The translations under genes were made by a program, and so were the position numbers. From contig CM030335.1 of NCBI GenBank assembly GCA_017654855.1, positions 1,116,001 to 1,180,000 of the forward strand: DNA of 64,000 bases. The letters run 5' to 3'. Position 1 is the stretch's first letter. Every line of letters starts with the position of its first letter. Shown here in pieces: positions 61,835 through 64,000 of this stretch. The notes below the pieces were generated by a model that was given only the letters and a program-made list of their open reading frames with translations, made no database searches and was not told the DNA's origin. Source of the stretch: Podospora anserina (Eukaryota).

Positions 61835-62629
61835 ATGGATAAGAAAAGAAAAAGAGGCTGGTTGTCCAAGTTTACTGGCAAGGACAAGACCCAGCCGGTT
61901 AGCAACACAGGCCATGGGCCAGGCTACAACAGGCAGGGTACCCATATCCCCTCAAGGAAAGAAGATAACAAAAACTATATTCCCGAACACATCGCCAAAA
62001 GCTCAAATGGCCATTCAAGCAGAACTGTCACTCCTGCTCATAGCCACACCCAGCAACACCAACGCTCGGCTCACGATCAACAGACAACCAGGCCTGGCAC
62101 CCCAACCACGCAAGCATCAACACTTGTGCACTCTTCAAGTACGTCGACAATTCCAAAGAGTAAGCCGGTATCAACGTCTCTGAAATATCCAAATATGTCG
62201 ACAATCTCAAAGAGAAAGCCAGTGGGAGCAAACCCAGTACCAAATGTCTCGGCAACATACACATCAAGCCACAGTAAACCAGAGTCCACATCGAAACCAT
62301 CTTCATCCACAGCCTCAAGCTGGACCGAATTCGACCGCACGTCCCACTCCTCCAAAAGTGTCAAGCTCCCCAGCAAGAAAGCTGGTCCCACTGTCTATCA
62401 TTATCTTGGCCGCGAACACCTCCCCTTACCACCTCACCACAAACTCCCAGCCCGCATCTCGAATGTAGAGATAATCAACTGGCGACCAATACACAGCACC
62501 TCTCCGCCTGCGCCTCACCAACACCCGATAGAGTTCAGGGCGATTGAGATCGTAGATAATCCCGATACCTACCCAGAATCTGGTTTACGGCTGGCGGGGG
62601 TTCAGAATGCACCGGATTGGCAGCCGTAG
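61835..62629 (+). CDS. Hypothetical 264-aa Ser/Thr/His/Lys-rich protein
   Basis: Uninterrupted ORF with a basic N-terminus, RKPV motif and a more complex C-terminal ~70 aa. No family recognised; the true start may lie in an upstream exon. Confidence 0.55.
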   Translation: MDKKRKRGWLSKFTGKDKTQPVSNTGHGPGYNRQGTHIPSRKEDNKNYIPEHIAKSSNGHSSRTVTPAHSHTQQHQRSAHDQQTTRPGTPTTQASTLVHSSSTSTIPKSKPVSTSLKYPNMSTISKRKPVGANPVPNVSATYTSSHSKPESTSKPSSSTASSWTEFDRTSHSSKSVKLPSKKAGPTVYHYLGREHLPLPPHHKLPARISNVEIINWRPIHSTSPPAPHQHPIEFRAIEIVDNPDTYPESGLRLAGVQNAPDWQP

Positions 62630-63769
62630 TTACGGATGGGATTGGTTTGGGCCTTGGAAGTACAAAGGTGGAGAGTTTTATCGGCCAGGGTATTATTTGA
62701 TGGATGTTGAGCCTGACGAAAGGTGCAAGACGGTTTAGTTGTGTTATCATGAGTTTGAAGACGGAGATGTGAGGAGCTGAGATGGGTTGGGGAGATATGC
62801 AGTGGTGGGAGAGGAGGTTGCATGGCTTTCGCCAGTATCTTAATAGAGGTGGGAACTACTCCATATATTCTGAAAGCTCTCTTGAGGATTTCGGATCCAG
62901 TATAAGCCTTGTATCTAGACTTTTCCGTATGTTTCGTTTTGTTATTGGAGTGAGACTGTTGCGGGTTGACATTGTCTGAGAGAAAATCAGTGTCAGACCT
63001 CGAGCACACGTTCATGACATGCAGCAGATCACCGGTCTTGCCAGATATTCTGTGCATTGTCGATCGTGAGGAAAGTCAGAGCTGGAACCGCTGGTGTTTT
63101 CTCAGCCATGCTGTGGTACATCCGACACAAACAAGGCCGGGTGGGCCTGGTAGCTCGATACACAGACTCGGTGAGCACAAAGATGTTTATGTTTGTGTGG
63201 CGGTAGCATCTAATATCCAGAAACATCAAGCAAACCGTTTCAAAGAGAGATGTGATGGCAGATGCGGCTTATAAGCTTGGCAGAGAAGCTGGCGCTGCAG
63301 CTTCTCTTTGGCGGTGATGGTTCTGGGCTTGGGCGATCGGTTGAATTGGGTTTTACGAGTGATGACAGATGCACTCGAACCCCCCCCCTGCAAGGCCGAG
63401 GCCACCTGCTGGGGAGATTGGCCAATCAGGAGATGATGATTCTGACCCCCCTGTCAAACCCCCCTGATAACACGAGTGTCGAGCTCGTTGCCGATTGGTT
63501 CAGATCAAAATGCACGGCCGGCCGGGCCCGACGCGATCCAACCACCTGCACTTCCCGAAGCGTGAACACCACAGCACGACCACTTGTTCAGTCAACATTT
63601 TGATATTTCCCTTTTGGCGACAACCCACAGCAGCAACATGCAGCAGAACGCATTCCAGCCGGCCGACCACAACGACCCGCGCCATGCTGTGAGCACTGGC
63701 AGTTGAAAGGCTGGTTGAGGCCTGGATGGTGGGAACAACATCGATGTGGCGTCCCCAGCTCCCCATGTC

Positions 63770-64000
63770 GGCTTATAATTAAAGAGACTAGCGCCGTGCC
63801 ATCCCCCCTCCCCATGCCCCTTCTGGGAGCATCGCATCGCCCACATCCCTTCCATCCTCCTCCCTCGTCGCCTGTGATTCCACTCCTGATTCCCACAACC
63901 TCCTCACACACTCACTTGTTTCTTTCGGTTGCTCTGGTGCCGCTCCCCCGTTCATCGCGAGTATTTGACTCCATTCCCCAGGCCGTATCCATTCGTTACT
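63770..64000 (+). promoter_or_regulatory. Probable core promoter or 5' leader of a gene beyond the window
   Basis: TATAAT near 63774 followed by CT-rich tracts similar to the leaders of other genes here. Confidence 0.3.

Overview
Intron-containing, gene-dense chromosomal DNA from a filamentous ascomycete. GTRAGT donors, CTRAC branch sites, RIP-like decayed repeats and the gene content suggest Sordariomycetes, probably Sordariales; this taxonomic call is inference. About 15 intact genes could be spliced by hand: ISWI ATPase, eIF3i, C1-THF synthase, a C2H2/Fungal_trans transcription factor, PCT1, a CAP protein, an F-box protein, Tctex-1, VTC1, an Alba-like protein, an AHC1-like protein, RTF1, COQ7, PLD1 and gamma-tubulin. 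There is also one intact orphan ORF. Intergenic DNA holds two TIR-bounded MITEs (one heavily RIP-mutated) and a TG..CA-bounded palindromic element. Two blocks of decayed orphan genes lie at 41.4-44.0 kb and 57.4-61.0 kb; the second holds two paralogues sharing an unrecognised ~80-aa domain. The most interesting signals are: (1) a 459-nt stop-free, in-frame candidate exitron inside the transcription factor's regulatory domain; (2) a long, structured first intron of RTF1 with an alternative acceptor and an in-frame internal ATG; (3) a mitochondrial-presequence-like upstream extension of C1-THF synthase; (4) the paralogous novel domain. No tRNA, rRNA or CRISPR was recognised. All coordinates were read by eye and no database search was run.
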